Both the position numbers and the translations under genes were made by a program. A DNA stretch of 64,000 nucleotides from Botryllus schlosseri (Eukaryota): contig CM119378.1 in assembly GCA_051294905.1 (NCBI GenBank), positions 2,172,001 to 2,236,000 of the forward strand, written 5' to 3'. The notes beneath the pieces were generated by a model. The model had not been told where the DNA came from. It was given only the letters and a program-made list of their open reading frames with translations, and did no database searches. Of this stretch, positions 25,190 through 38,789 are shown piece after piece (position 1 is the first letter of the stretch; each line of letters begins with the position of its first letter).

Positions 25190-26460
25190 TCAGGCAGAAA
25201 AGCATATTGGGTTTTATGTCGGGCAACAGCTTCCTCTCTGCTAATTTTGATTATGCTGCTAGTCAGAGGAGGTGGAACGGTCTCAGCACAATCGCTCAAC
25301 TCAACAGTTTCTGGTCCAGTTCTGATGAGTGCGTGAACTTCTTCGACAAGCCCATTGCAGTAATCTAGAACAGGCACAACAATATGACGAAATCTTATGA
25401 TGCAGTCAGATCGACGGCAGTTACCAAATGTTGAATTTCCAAGTATCTTGTGGACCGTACATTCCCCATTTTTGTACTTCTGGTATTTGACCGCGGTGCT
25501 CCTTCTTTCAACATTTTCTGAGTTTTCGAGCAATTTTCATTGAAATGCAGGATTGCCAACTGCATCCTACAATAAATGCATAATTGATGAGGCTAGTAAT
25601 TATGCCAAAATCTGATATAGGTTGTTTTGAATAGGCGAGAAACTGCAAGGTACCTACCTGGCTTTTTGACTGAAATACGGTTGTAGTGACATAACTTTGG
25701 GCAGAAATGATTGAGGAGGGCATTGAATGATTCACTTCCAGCAGTGTTTCCATTCGGCGATAGATGGCGTATGTCATTTTTCATTCGCGTGGAGTAGAGA
25801 ACATCGCAAATCCTTTCATATGCCAATGAATCTGAAAATGGATTGTCATAATGGTAAACAACAGAATCAAAGATGCTATTCATTGTAACTTAAATTTAGG
25901 CCTATATGTATCATGTATATATGCTGAATGGAGCAGTTTGTTTCTTTTTGATACAGTCAAGTAGGCTATGTCATCTTTAAAGAATGTAACGGCATCTACA
26001 CTACCCGTAAATCAAAATCTGGAGTATGAGCAGTTTGTGCAGTCTTGCTTGATTCTCAGCGTGCTACCTAAACCAGACTCTTGCACGTCCGACTCTGATT
26101 GACACATTGGACAATGTTGAAAAATGCTCACCAGCTTATTTCTGGCCACCATCACAAACTGGGTCTTGCTATTCTCCAGGCATTCCTCTGAATCTGAATG
26201 CCTGCAAATCAATATCTTGGTGAAGACTTGGTACAAATATGATTACACTGTTCAAGTACTCACTCTGACTCGCCATCTAACTCTGTTGGGTGGAAGCTAT
26301 TATCACTTGACGGGGATTGGATATCGCTTTCACATGCAGTCTTCATAATCCTCTCCAGCAATGGGGTTTGTACAGCGATGAAAATATACTTTGGGTACCG
26401 AATATCGCGTATTCGAGCAACCATACGCGACACCAGATGTACCTCCGTGCCTCATCTTCT
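25190..26460 (-). pseudogene. THAP-containing Kolobok-type transposase, fragmented
   Basis: THAP-like AYGCSN...VYFHR (~26370-26430); LVSIFQHCPMCQ...GSTLRIKQDCTNC (26012-26236); DIRHLSPNGNTAGSESFNALLNHFCPK (25593-25883); VKYQKYKNGECTV (~25450-25500). Frameshifts and deletions separate the pieces. Confidence 0.75.
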
Positions 26461-27392
26461 TCATACCTTCCATATTTACAATCAAATCCAGTATCAAAAT
26501 CAATCCCAACACTAATAACTATCTGTTTACCACACTGAGCTATAGCAGGACTTTGGCCGTGTCACTCACATGACGTCATTTCATAGCTGAATGATTTCAT
26601 ATCCGTTTTCAGCTTTTCGATTTATAATTTAAATTACTTGAAAACTATCATGTAATTCCAATTTTTATTATTTTATTCATATTCCTAACCACATAACGTA
26701 CGATATAAGGCAAAGTCATTTTTAAGATGCAGTTGACCTCGATGCCTTGTGTCCGATGAATCTTTATCTTGCATTACTTCGAATTACTATTCGAATTGCT
26801 GGGCACGACGGCTGAATGCGATAGGGTTGGTGATCGTACCTTGCAAATGACCAAGAAACCTTGCTGAATGTGATGCGCGATTGGAAACAAACATGAAAAT
26901 ATTTTACGCTTTTTAGAAGTGGTTTTGTATTTCACAAGCATTCAAGGAGTAGGACTTGCAGTCTTTCATAATCATTTAGGCCTTGTTTTAAACATGTTTG
27001 TTTTAAATTGCTTCTTTGATTTAAGGCCGTAAGGTACTGCTGGACTCATAAAATTTTCCAAATTTTTTTTATTGCAGAATCCTAAAGTATGAAACTAGTT
27101 CTTTTCAAAAATGTATTGCTCTTGTCTGATTTCGAATTAGAAGTATGTTAAAATACGATTTGAAATCACCCATTTTCGTAGAAAGTCACCCCCATACAAG
27201 TTCATTCATTTAAACTCACTCAAAAATGTCTGAAAAATGTCCCTCTGCCGTGCTGATATTATACAATAAATAGAAGAGCCATATCTGTAATTGATGAAGC
27301 GTGACTTTCAAAACATTCAGATGGCCAGCAGCCGATCGCTCACCTGGGAATAGCTGAAAGCTGACAATATTATGAGTGTTGTTTATCATATT

Positions 27393-29595
27393 CAGAGCAG
27401 TGTTGGGATCAAGTAACTACCTTCGAGTCACGAGTCATTTCGAGTCATTGCACATTTTGACTCGAGTCAAGTCAAGTCAATCGATTTTTTAAGGTGACTC
27501 GAGTCAAGTCAAGTCACTCGTTTTTTGGAGGTGACTCGAGTCAAGTCGAGTCAAGTCAAGTCAAATTGGTTTTTCGAAGTATGAGTGATGATTCAAAGTC
27601 ATTACATTTTCCCAGATGTGTGAAAGACAGATGTATTGGTCATATATCTCGCATCACTAACGAGTATAAAGTCTAATATGCCAAAGGGCGTTGTATCGCT
27701 CACGCAGACGTAGGGCAGCTAATGAAATATGTCAGGTAAAATAGAGGATCGAATACGAAGCGTCGAAAAGTTGAAACATTATTGATATGGTATAACACAC
27801 TACCCATCTACACAACCGTGAGAATATAAACGCATAAACTATATTCGTTCCATTCGAATCATACACGGAGGTCGGCTAATGTGGGCACTGCGCGATGAAA
27901 GCCGTCTAAGAAACAGAGATACGTTTGCTATTAGATTATACTACTGATTGCACATTAACGTAAGCTGTCATCAGTTCGTTTTCGGTCAATTGATATGTGA
28001 TGTAACAAGGGGACACTGAAAGGTACAATCAGTGAATGACTGGTTGCTCTCACAAGTGACACATGCGTATCACGAATAATCCGAACATAAAAACGATACA
28101 GAGATTGAATCGACACCGTTTACTTGATGACTTGAAATTGACTCGTAAATTTTGCTCCGAGTCACGAGTCAATCCACATTTCTGAAGCGCCGAGTCAAGT
28201 CAAGTCAAGTCATTTTTTCAAAGTGACTCGAGTCAAGTCAAGTCATACGAAAAAGTTGACTCGAGTCTGACTCGAGTCAAGTCATGACTTGAGTCATCCC
28301 AACACTGATTCAGAGGTGGTCAAAGTAGTCAAGAAAGCTACTCAAGTAGAAGTAGAAGTAGCGACGAAAAAATCTACTCAAGTACGAGTAGAAGTACTTC
28401 TTCCATAAGCAACCTAAAACTACTTGAAGTAGAAGTAGAATTGACTGACTTTAAAAGTACTCAAGTAAGTAAGTAGTTGTGAAAATGATCCTAATTCGTT
28501 CACATGGATTGTAAAAAGGTACAAATTGAGCTATGCGAAAGGTGACGAGCTTGATTCATATTGATGCATACCAGCAGGTATCCAATTTTCGATAGCATAA
28601 GCATTAAGCATTCATCAACATCATGATAGTATTGATATGGAAATGCGATACTAATCCTCTGTTTTCTCGAATAGCACGTTTTAGAAAATAGCATGGTACG
28701 GCGCCATCCCCCATATTATAAGGCCCGTAGTTTAGTCGAAGAGCAATACGGAGAAGTTGTATAGGATACGGTGTAAACACTTTACGCGATTAGTAAACGT
28801 TAATAAAAAATATGGTGGACCGTAAAAATGCCATACTGTGTAGGTTTGTTTTCGGAAATTAAAGGCATTAATACACCGCTTTTATACTTCAACATGTATG
28901 TTATCCAGACAAAAGAAATGATATTAATTATAACTCAAAATATATGATACTGGGAATTAAAAGTGAAATATAAATACTACTTCTAAAAGTGGAGCATGTA
29001 TTTCATGCCTTTAGTCCAGAAAGTTTCAAAGGTGGTGTGCTAAAACAGCTCTAAAACTAAAAAAAAGTCCGAGTCCACGTTTCCAGATTAGGACACGCCA
29101 TGGACATGATAGATTACGATATGACAAGTAAATGCTAGATTGCGAAACACCAGTTCCAAACGTTATGATGAGCCATATATACTGTGATGAAATATTTCAT
29201 ATGAGCGAAGGGCGACAATGTGGTGTAAGCGGAACCACGCCAACCCGCGACCTAAATTATATTCACCGATACTTTTGTGAAATCAAACTGGTCACTCAGT
29301 ATCCACTGTGCGCAAAGCGCGACAAAAATTCTGGGCTTTACTCAACTTTTGTGAAAATTAAATGTTGATACTCCGTGAAAACAGCCCCGAAATTTCTCAG
29401 GCTATCTTCCTGATTGGAAGATTGAACTACTTCTACTTGACAAACTGAAAATAGCGAAAAGTAAGTACGTAGATCACAAAATATTACGAAGTAGAAGTAG
29501 CGAAAATCAGATCTACTTGAGTAAGTACCAGAAGTAGAGGAAACCTACTTGAGTACTTCGAAAAAGTAGAAGTACTTCGTTACTGACCACCTCTG
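27393..29595. mobile_element. hAT-type MITE (CAGAGGTGGTCA TIR, AAGTAG arrays), interrupted at its left terminus
   Basis: TSD ATCATATT at 27385-27392 and 29596-29603. TIR CAGAGGTGGTCA at 28311 and TGACCACCTCTG ending at 29595. Confidence 0.85.
27398..28307. mobile_element. hAT-type MITE (CAGTGTTGGGA TIR, AGTCA/GACTCGAGTC arrays)
   Basis: TIR CAGTGTTGGGA...TCCCAACACTG with perfect TSD ATTCAGAG. Confidence 0.88.
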
Positions 29596-30541
29596 ATCAT
29601 ATTGTATATTTTTCAAGATTGCATTGGTATATTTTGATAGATAATGGTTTAATTGACCAGTGGGACAAAGACATACACTACGAATGCATTTGGCAATAGT
29701 AAAAGATAAAACCATGTTAGAAAGGTATACCAATGGTTCCTGAACAGCTGAACTGAACAATCTAATCTAACAATCTAAGAAATCTTTTGAGAAAGATTGG
29801 AGCTTTCACCGCATTCAACATCTGATAATGGTGGTTCGAATTCGGAGGGAATCATTTTCCTCGCAATTTCTACATTTTTGATGCAGTCGTTCCAAAGATT
29901 GTGAATTATCTGACTGTGGCTCATCTGGCAAAGGATATTGGAACTGCATAGGCTACAGCATAAGGGTTATGCAACTCAAATTCGTATTGGAGTGTCACGA
30001 TGTAATTGATACTAAAAATTGTATGTTTGAAAGGTCTCGGGGGGAATATGGATGTAGTATCTTCACCCATACCACCTGAAATGGGTATCTTGACAATGTC
30101 GCAGTGTTCTTGATATGTTGTTTCATCTTTACAACATCTAACTGATGTCCAATTCAAGGTTTGCAAATTTTTCGAATATGGTATAGCAGTTTTGAGTAAA
30201 TAATCATCAAATCACTCATACTTTATATGACTTATTTTGCATTTAGGCACATTCAATTGTCTTCAAATTTAGCTATGCACTGAATACAGCATGCCTGTGC
30301 CATTTAAAAGCAACAGATTTCAAAAACCCGCTCTACTTTTTCACCAAAATATTTTTCAATTTTCAAAGTTGATTTTCTCCCAGTTCTAGTTTTTGGTAAT
30401 GTGGTGTCACGGGGACAGGAAATTTTGATATCAGAATACCTTCAATCCTGATAAAACTTGGCTCAGTACAAGCAGTAGGACTGTTCTACCTGCTAAGACT
30501 ATTGCTTTTGCTATAGGAGTTATAGTGTACTTACTATGGTA

Positions 30542-31832
30542 CCGTAAACCGGGGTAACTTTGGACGATTCTCAACAATTCCGCTTTGTATCTTGGAAATG
30601 CTAGGCTGCAGGGGAGGCAAGTTCTGTGTTTTCAGGAATCATGGAGCAAAGATTAGAATTACCTAATCAAAAATCTTCATGCTCATAAATAAATACCTTA
30701 TTTTTGTAAATTATCCGTGTCCAAAGTTACCCCTGCATGTGGGATAACTTTGGACAATGTAGTTTTTTGTATGCCTTTACACTCTTTTGTTTATGAAACC
30801 TCGTAAATGAGGCTTATTTGGTAAGAGTTGATGAGAGCAGTGGCTAAAACTGAAACAAAATAGTTTATGTCTGGCCTATTGCATGATTTTTACCTATTCC
30901 ACCCCTCCCCCCCCCAAAAAAAACAGAAAAATTAGCTAGTTTATGAAGGCTAATGCCCCCTTATTCATCCCTTATCTCAATTTTCCCTCATGCCTTCACC
31001 AATTGGAACTTACAAATAACATATAGTGATGTGGAGTATCCCACTGGCAGTGTCAGCAATCGACAGCAAACATTAAGCATGATACCGTGATTTATTGCCG
31101 ATTTCAAATATATTACTGTTCTTTAAAAGATACACTTTCCCTTTCTTATATCCTCTGATAGATATATTTGTCGTAATTTACGAGATCCCATATTCAGCAG
31201 GCGATGTTATAAGTTTTTGAAGTAGCTTACACCCGATTACAATCTCTCAGCTCATTGCCTACCCATTTTTTCATATTTTGGCTAACTCTTAATTTATTAA
31301 CCTTCTCATTCCATTTTAAAAAGCCATCAGGCCGGTCATAAGGAATATAGTTGACGATACACTTTGACACAGATGAAGCAGCCACTTTCCAGAGCTCTAA
31401 ATATTACATTTTCCGCTGTCCAAAGTTACCCCGTTCTGATAAAATTTGACGGGGTAACTTTGGACATCACCTTTTTTGTATTGATCTAAGGGTGAGCCCA
31501 CTGAGATTTTTGCCATGGATTAAGACTACTTAGAGGTATCTGCTGCCAAGTTTTGAATCTATGAATCACATGCGATCTATGTTTGGTTATAAGAAGTTTG
31601 ATGGCCATCAATTTTGTTGGAATTGACCCCCGCCATTAATTTATCTATGTTGGGTCAAGTTTATCTGGTAGTGAAATGAATCCACCTTTTATTGGGACTA
31701 CTTGTGGTACCGTTGCCTCATGAAAAAAAATTGGACATCCAGCGGCAACCCTTTTCCACAAATAACCATTTAAATCTTTTACTGCTAAGTGTCCAAAGTT
31801 ACCCTTAAGTCCAAAGTTACCCCGGTTTACGG
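30542..31832. mobile_element. pogo/Tigger-like (Tc1/mariner superfamily) non-autonomous element
   Basis: TA|CCGTAAACCGGGGTAACTTTGGAC...GTCCAAAGTTACCCCGGTTTACGG|TA, with internal repeats of GTCCAAAGTTACCC. Confidence 0.85.
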
Positions 31833-33475
31833 TACTTATTATCTGAATTTTATGAAAAAATATCGAAAATTCGGCACCATACTAGTACCAAACAAATATT
31901 TCGTAAAATTTTTCTTAAAATCGGAAGTTTCACATATTTCAGCAGGTACTTAGAGGCCTCAGGACACTTTATAAAGCATTGCTTAGAATCTCTTAGCATC
32001 CATGGATGAGACAGGCGTTTCCCCGTGCTAACCGTCCGATTCACCAATCTCCCCCCCAATTTGGGCCCAAGGAATCATTGTAAAATGCTGAAATTTATAC
32101 AGCATATGAAGTTGAGTATGAATAGCTTACACACCAATTTTTGGGAATCTAGCATTTACTGTTTATAAAATATCGCAATTTGAAAATTTTGTGAGTCCTT
32201 ACGGCCTTAAATGCAACCCTAACTGCACTACGGTACTTATAAATGGCCTATGATGATGCGGATCCGCTAAAATTCGAAAATAATGTCTCAGCATTCGTAA
32301 TTCGCAATGTAGAGGTTGCCTGTATAGGAGTCCGGAAAAGCAAATATCATAACGCATATATTGCAAAGAAAACAGCCACAACGTCGTCAAATCTGCATCG
32401 GCACGACAAAAGTTACTTTGGGGTATCGGTATCGATATTAACCCAAGAGAGAGAGAGTCTTCATTTTCATCTAACCAAAATACATAACACACGGCAGTGT
32501 TGGTGGTACAGAAAATATGCATGCACAGTATTCGGTATTAGATAGGAATGATCGATGAGACCGTGAAGGTCATCTAGTCTGATCACACCAGCATCAAACA
32601 GGTACACTTGACTCTAAACAGTCCGGCTGTAAAATATGTTACGGTAGATAAAAAAATAAAATAGAAGAAAAATTGAACGATGGTAGCAAATTATATTTAT
32701 TTTATTCATTTGTATATATCGCCATCGTTTTGACGAGACTATTTCAATTGCGTAGACTCATTCCCAGCAAATCAGTGTCAAATTAATTAGCAATTTCATC
32801 GTCTCAACTCTATCACAGCGTAAGTATCAAGATGTAAACCCGTGAAGAAAGCATCAGGCATTCCTGAAACACGACATTCGGTCATATTGAAGCATCGAAA
32901 TTTGCCACCGTAAATACTAAAAAAACAAAAATGGTCGAAATTTCAATTTAAGATTGCGCACGGCCTTCAATAGTCGGAATTGACCCAAATATTATGCGTA
33001 TCGTTTTTTAGGCAACCTGACACTTTTATGACTAAGCGAGTGAAATTTGAAAAAATAAAAATTCTGAACAATCCTACTTTGTAGCTCTAATTCTAATATA
33101 ATTTAGAAAAACAGTAGCTCTAATTTTAATCGGATTCTAAAATGCTGAAAATTTTCTAGTCCAATTCTGGACGTGACTTCGATTCCCGGTCGGTCAAGGA
33201 GTTTACCTATTTTTCAGGTTTTGATTATTCAGATCTCAGTTGATAAAAATATTTTGAGAAAGCTAACACAACTCAGCAGAAAGATACAGCTCAGCAAAAT
33301 CGTGAGCGCAAATATATATAAAAGAATACGTTCAGGACGGGTTTATTGCTGGGGTAGGTAAGTTAGCCCATTTGGAAGCATTCTCATTCAGGTGGGATCC
33401 CAAATTTGCACCCCTCCTGACCCTGCCTTTGACTGCGCAAATTTTAGTTCACGTGACTCCTTTCCAAACTGGCAG

Positions 33476-33938
33476 AATCGGATTCCGATTTACGAGAGAG
33501 AATGGAGAAAATGGAAGAAAATTGCAGGAAAGTTAAAGAGGAAATATCGCAGGTCCGGCCGCCCGTTATCTCAAGAATATATCTTCCTGTTTTCCAATTT
33601 CATCGACAAATCTTCTGCAGTCGATAGAATGCTTCATCTTGGAGCTGCAGTTACGCAAGAAATGTCTGTTCAAGGAAGTAGACGCGTTGGTGGCCATGGA
33701 AAGCAACAACAAAGACAAAGTTCGGTTGACTGTTAAAGTGAGTTGAATCCGCGAAAAACCCATCGGTGGCGCCGCAAAAACCAAAGACCTTTTCAGTTCA
33801 CAGATGGCGACAAAAATGTTGTGCTTTCCGCAATACGCAATTTCGGTGTCGTTTCCTCACATCCGCAGCTCACATCGGGAGATGACTTGTCCCCGGAGGG
33901 GGTGCCGAGAGGCACGACTGGCGGCCTGCCGAAATCAG
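33476..33938 (+). CDS. N-terminal coiled-coil exons of a TRIM-like/NHL gene
   Basis: Exons 33476-33552, 33621-33737 and 33797-33938 (introns 68 and 59 nt, GT-AG) read MEKMEENCRKVKEEISQSIECFILELQLRKKCLFKEVDALVAM...FTDGDKNVVLSAIRNFGVV. This resembles the TRIM B-box C-terminal coiled coil and the following I.NFG.V segment. Possible start ATG at 33502. Confidence 0.72.
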
Positions 33939-36799
33939 GTTTGCTCGAATTTCGTTTTGCATACTTGAATGGATTGTGTTCAGAATGGCAAGCATTAGGG
34001 AAGCATTCACGTTATATCCTTAATTGTTAATTAAATGATGCCGCGATTAGCTAATCCTTATGCAACAGAAACGCCTTTTTATGGTAGTAAGAAAATGTTT
34101 AGCTATTGTTATAACCGACCTCGTAGCGTAATGTAGGATACCATTGTGCAGTTGGCAAATAATTATTCATTGCGTATCATACACGACACCACTATTGTCA
34201 AAGGGGCTCAGTTCAGTACTGACTACTGAGGTACTCAATCACAGAACAGCCCTTCTCTAAAAAAGTCGACATGTTTTTGTCCCATTTGCATTCTTCGAAA
34301 CCATTTTAGATTTTGAATGTATTTTGAAAGTAGACATGGGGTAATCGTGATTAGTAATCGTAATTGGTTACATTCGAAAAAAATCCGATGTAACCGTAAT
34401 TGATTATTTCACATATGTAATCGATTTCTTTGTAAAATAACGAAATAACGACTTTTTACTTCTACACGGACTATATATGGCACAGACTGAATAACCTGAA
34501 CAAGTATTATTGCGCTATTATATCAGATTATTGATAGCAGAAACTGCGGGACGAGTCCAAGTCATTGTGTTGACTACTTGCTTTCCAGTTAAAGTCTTGT
34601 TAAATCCACTTTTTATAACTGTTTGGTGATATCGAATGGTTTGCATGTATAATATACTAATTTTCCTCTGTTTTAGCAGTTTCTGGTCGCATTTTCCAGT
34701 ACCAGTACCAATAGACGAAATCCCAGTAGTGTGGCTACTTTACTATCCTTCGAAATTACTATGAAATGTTGGTCTTGGCCGTCCGAGTGTTGAGTCATAT
34801 AACATGGTTCGAGTCATGCGCAATGACTCGAGTCCAGGTCGAGTCAGAGTCATTTCCTTATTTGAGAAAATGACTCAAGTCAAGTCGAGTCGTCAGAAAA
34901 TCGTTACTCGAGCCGAGTCATGACTCGAGTCATTACAACCCTAGTTTAAATCAACCAAATAAAGCAGTGCATTATTTGGAGTGTATTGAGTTACTCTCGA
35001 CTGCTTGTGGTTTTTGAAACGTTTTATACAATAAACACAAAATATTAAAAGTAGTACCTTTATGTAGGTTATGAGACAATGGGCTAGGTGCCTACCCCAA
35101 AAACTTGACGTGATAGAGAAAAACGGAAGTCATTTTTGAATTCAGTGCCCTAAAGTTATTCGAAAACAATTGTCTGATCAAATACAACATAAATTGTGTT
35201 CGCCAGTGTTATGGACACACTCACGAGGCCGATAACTGATATCATAGGCCGATATTAATATGGAAGGAGCGGTGGACCATTTTGCCAAAAAACTTATATT
35301 AGACAATATGGCACTTGTACATGCCACAGAAAGCTTGACAACAAACGAGAAAACTGAAAGTAAAGAGAAATATTGCTTAATTGTGCACATTCATTAAAAT
35401 TTGGGATTACCAAAAAAGCAAAACGTGATACAGAATTGCAGATCAATCACGTGGAGCAGGGGTGTCAAACTTTAACTAGCGTCGCGGGCTGAATTCAAAC
35501 CTTCAGATCGCTCGTGGGCCGCACCAGTCAAATGATTTCATAATGTTACCTCGAAACCAATGGCCTTGTTTTTCACTTGAATACTTTGTTATCGAACATT
35601 CAAGTATACTAACCATAGGTGTTCTATTATAGCAACGTCGTTGTTCGCAAATAATGAAATTGGCAAAGTACGATGATTGGCCGTTTGAATACAGTTACAA
35701 ACCATTAAAACAGTGGCCCTAACAGAGATAGGTTGACATATTTCAATGCTTCCTTTGTTTAGTCGTAATCTGCCGCTAGTCTTGCGTATACATTGTGAAG
35801 AATACAGGAGATATTAATTGAAAATTCGTGACGTCATGATAGTACTAATTCTTGCTCACTACATGGGATTCGCCGTGAGCGCCATATTTTCTCTGTAAAA
35901 ACTCCTAGGCCACTAATCATCCTGTGATAGCGCAATTCATCGTAAATAACTCATAATTTATATTTACTGGTATTAATCTAAATAACTATAGCACTGATTC
36001 CGAAAATCTAAATATTGATCGACTTCTCCATTCGGCGGTAACATCAGCGTTGCACTACAGGCCTAAATTTTAACGGCAGTACTGGAAAGCTACTTATCCA
36101 TTTGGACGTGGATAGCGAAGCGTTGTTTGTAATTTGAATTTGTAATTGGGAGGTCACTTCCAAGACAGTTCATTTTTCGGCGTAGATGAGGAAGACAATA
36201 TGACAACTTGATTGTAATATAGGCATCCCCCTGTATGTTATTCTCTTGATCAACCAACGTATGGTGCAATCCAGGAGGGATATTGGTCCCTGACGCTACA
36301 GCAACTTGAATTTGAGGATTTTGTAAAGGGGTCCGACGTCCGAGCCCTTAACCCAGGGCACGCCACTGCCTTGACCTCTCAAATACATGGTTATAATGCC
36401 ACGTCAATAATTATTGTGGTCGTTAAGAAAATTTACTAACAAGTTGCTGCAATATCGATAAAATTCAATACAAAAATATAAATATGTCAAAGAGCCATAT
36501 CTTATGCCCAAAAGAGCCATATATGGATCGCGAGCCAAAGGTTCCCGACCACTGGAGTAGACGATTACGATTACATTCGAAAAGTAATCAGGATTACTGA
36601 CGATTACATTCATTTTGCTTCTTGGAGCGCATTCTTGAATACATATTGGAAGACAATATGGCGATTGTGATGAAAATGCCTCACGAGAGAACTACTTCCT
36701 TTTTAAATGAGAAGTCGGTATGCTTGCTACGTCACAATATACTTATTGCTCAACTTTATAGCTGACGATTTCTCGCATCGAACGATTTGCATTCTAGCC

Positions 36800-37290
36800 A
36801 GGACCTAAAAAACGGAATATTTGGAGCTAAAAATCTAAGTTTTGACAATTTTTAACCTTAAAAATCTCAATTTGACCTAACGTATGCAAATTAGGTGTTT
36901 TCCCACATAATGTTAGAATTGTACTACTTACCTTTTCTGGTTGGAACTGTCCGTCCTTATACGAAGTAGTTCGGCCTGGAAAAAAAACTTTTTGCCCCTG
37001 ACTGACAAATTTTTACATGGAAAAACTTCATTATAACTTACTCTGGCCCTCTGCAGAATTCCGTTAGTTACATTACTCATTATGGTAGAAATCATTACAA
37101 AAATTTGTGGTACATCAAAAGAGACTGTCCTACAATCTCGGGTAGAAAGTGTCTGTCCTTACTAAGTAGCTTGCCAATAATAGAGAAAGAACGTTCAACA
37201 GCAGCAGGGGTAGGCTGACAACACTCGAGTTGGGTGCACGCTGCTGGTGACAAAACGTGTTGCTTCATTCTGGCAATGGCGTATACATCA
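36800..37290 (-). mobile_element. Truncated copy of the hAT C-terminal-fragment element
   Basis: ORF 37095-37301 reads CCQPTPAAVERSFSIIGKLLSKDRH; flank matches the 3364-4160 copy. Confidence 0.7.
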
Positions 37291-38484
37291 TCATGCTGCA
37301 CGTGCGCGCGGCTATCCTCGCTACTTCATCGCGTCAACCACAGTCATGAAAATCGCATATACGACACGCCATGTGGGCAAGATGTAACAGCTGGCTTAAA
37401 CGCTACAGTCCCATCTCTAACAGGCCTGGTGCGCATGACATAATCGTTGGCCTGTGCAATCGCATCTGTAATAGACCTCGTGTGCAATACGTCGCTGGCC
37501 TGAACTATCGCGACCCGGGCCTCGCAGGCTTTGCCTGCTATCTACTATCGTTCAGAGACCATGCCGTTAAGTGTATGATGATTAGCAATGGTTATGTCCT
37601 GATTGTTGAACAGTGACATTGCAAAACAGAATGACATGAAATACTAAAATATAACTATTCATGTACTGCGAATGCAGGGTGAGTACTAATTTGGGATGGA
37701 GTGAAAATAACTTTTTTTTCAAATCAAAAAAAGAGGGTTCTTAAATCCCGACAAATGACTTGAAGAAAAATTAATTTTGGGGGATTGCCCCCACTTTTCA
37801 GCCGGTAATCCCCCAATTTCTGCGCGGGAGGGGGTAAAATTGCCCATCTCGACAACCACTGGCCGTAGAGTCATGAGATGTAGCTTAAAAGCTGCAGAAA
37901 CATCATGTTTATACAAGTCCCAAGAAGAAAGTTTTCTCTATTGTGAACGCAAAACGAGTTACAGCCCAAAAACACTAAAATTTTGAAGAGAGTAAAGGGC
38001 AGAGGTAACTATGTTACGTGTTAGTGTAAATCAATCTCATTATGTACAAACGTACGTACGTACAAACGGCAAACTGACTCAGCAGGAGACCACGTGCTGT
38101 GCTGCTCGTTAATTAGCAGCCTGTTTCAATGATAATATGAATTACTGGGCGCGATGGCTGAAAGTGATGTGCGATTGGAAACAAACATGAAGAAAGGTGT
38201 GATTTCAAGTTTTTTATCTAGAAAAATTTTTTTCAAGGCTTGTACCCATGTATAATACGCACCCCCTCTATTTTACGGCAAAAAAATCGGTAAAATTTTG
38301 CGCATTATACATGGAAAATTACGGTAACTACTTATAAATTCCAGCTGTTCCGTTTGATTCGCAAGCCAAAACAAACAAAAAGTCTATGGCATTATTACTA
38401 ATGGTATGCTAGTGCAACATTGGTAAATGCCTGCACTTTGTACATATGCAATTAATAGTAACGCAGTTGTACGTTCTCTTTTAG

Positions 38485-38789
38485 ATCAATCATCGGAGAC
38501 CGACGAATCATCTAGCGCTGACAGTGACTCTATCGCTGTGTCCGATAAAACAGGTACATTTTCTAAGAAATTAAAAAATATGTTTTCAAAGTATTTTTCA
38601 GAATGATGTATCTTTATTTGGTTGCTAATTTATTTTTGGTATTGATAAGCTTGCGTTCATTGTTCCATGGTGATCACGAATATGAACGCAGTGTGAACAC
38701 AGTTGTAGGTTCTCTTTCAGATCAATCATCGGAGACCGACGAATCATCTAGCGCTGACAGTGACTCTATCGCTGTGTCCGATGAAACAG
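38485..38789 (+). CDS. Two tandem-duplicated 69-nt Ser/Asp-rich exons (38485-38553, 38721-38789)
   Basis: Near-identical ag|ATCAATCATCGGAG...AAACAG|gtac exons encoding DQSSETDESSSADSDSIAVSD(K/E)T, phase 1-1, within a 236-bp tandem duplication. Confidence 0.7.

Larger units (their letters stand above)
22549..26739. mobile_element. Decayed Kolobok-type DNA transposon with convergent THAP-transposase and P2X7-ballast-like genes
   Basis: TTAA|AGGTCAACTGCATCT at the left end and AGATGCAGTTGACCT at the right (right-hand TTAA not preserved). Minus-strand transposase pieces and a plus-strand accessory gene lie inside. Confidence 0.75.
27025..32206. mobile_element. TTAA-flanked (Kolobok-like) element hosting several nested insertions
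   Basis: TTAA|GGCCGTAAGG...CCTTACGGCC|TTAA. The inverted similarity extends to gactca(c/t)aaaattttc, with an 8-nt insertion on the left arm. Confidence 0.75.

Noticed and set aside
27420..28300. Arrays of GACTCGAGTC/AGTCA (also GTAATT, AAGTAG and AATCC arrays elsewhere) that superficially resemble CRISPR or satellite repeats
   Set aside because: No constant repeat-spacer periodicity; they are subterminal repeats inside TIR/TSD-bounded MITEs in eukaryotic DNA.
35247..35358. Candidate extra exon ADINMEGAVDHFAKKLILDNM...KTE inside the coiled-coil/kinase locus
   Set aside because: Its apparent acceptor is phase 0 while the upstream donor at 33938 is phase 1, and no homology supports it.
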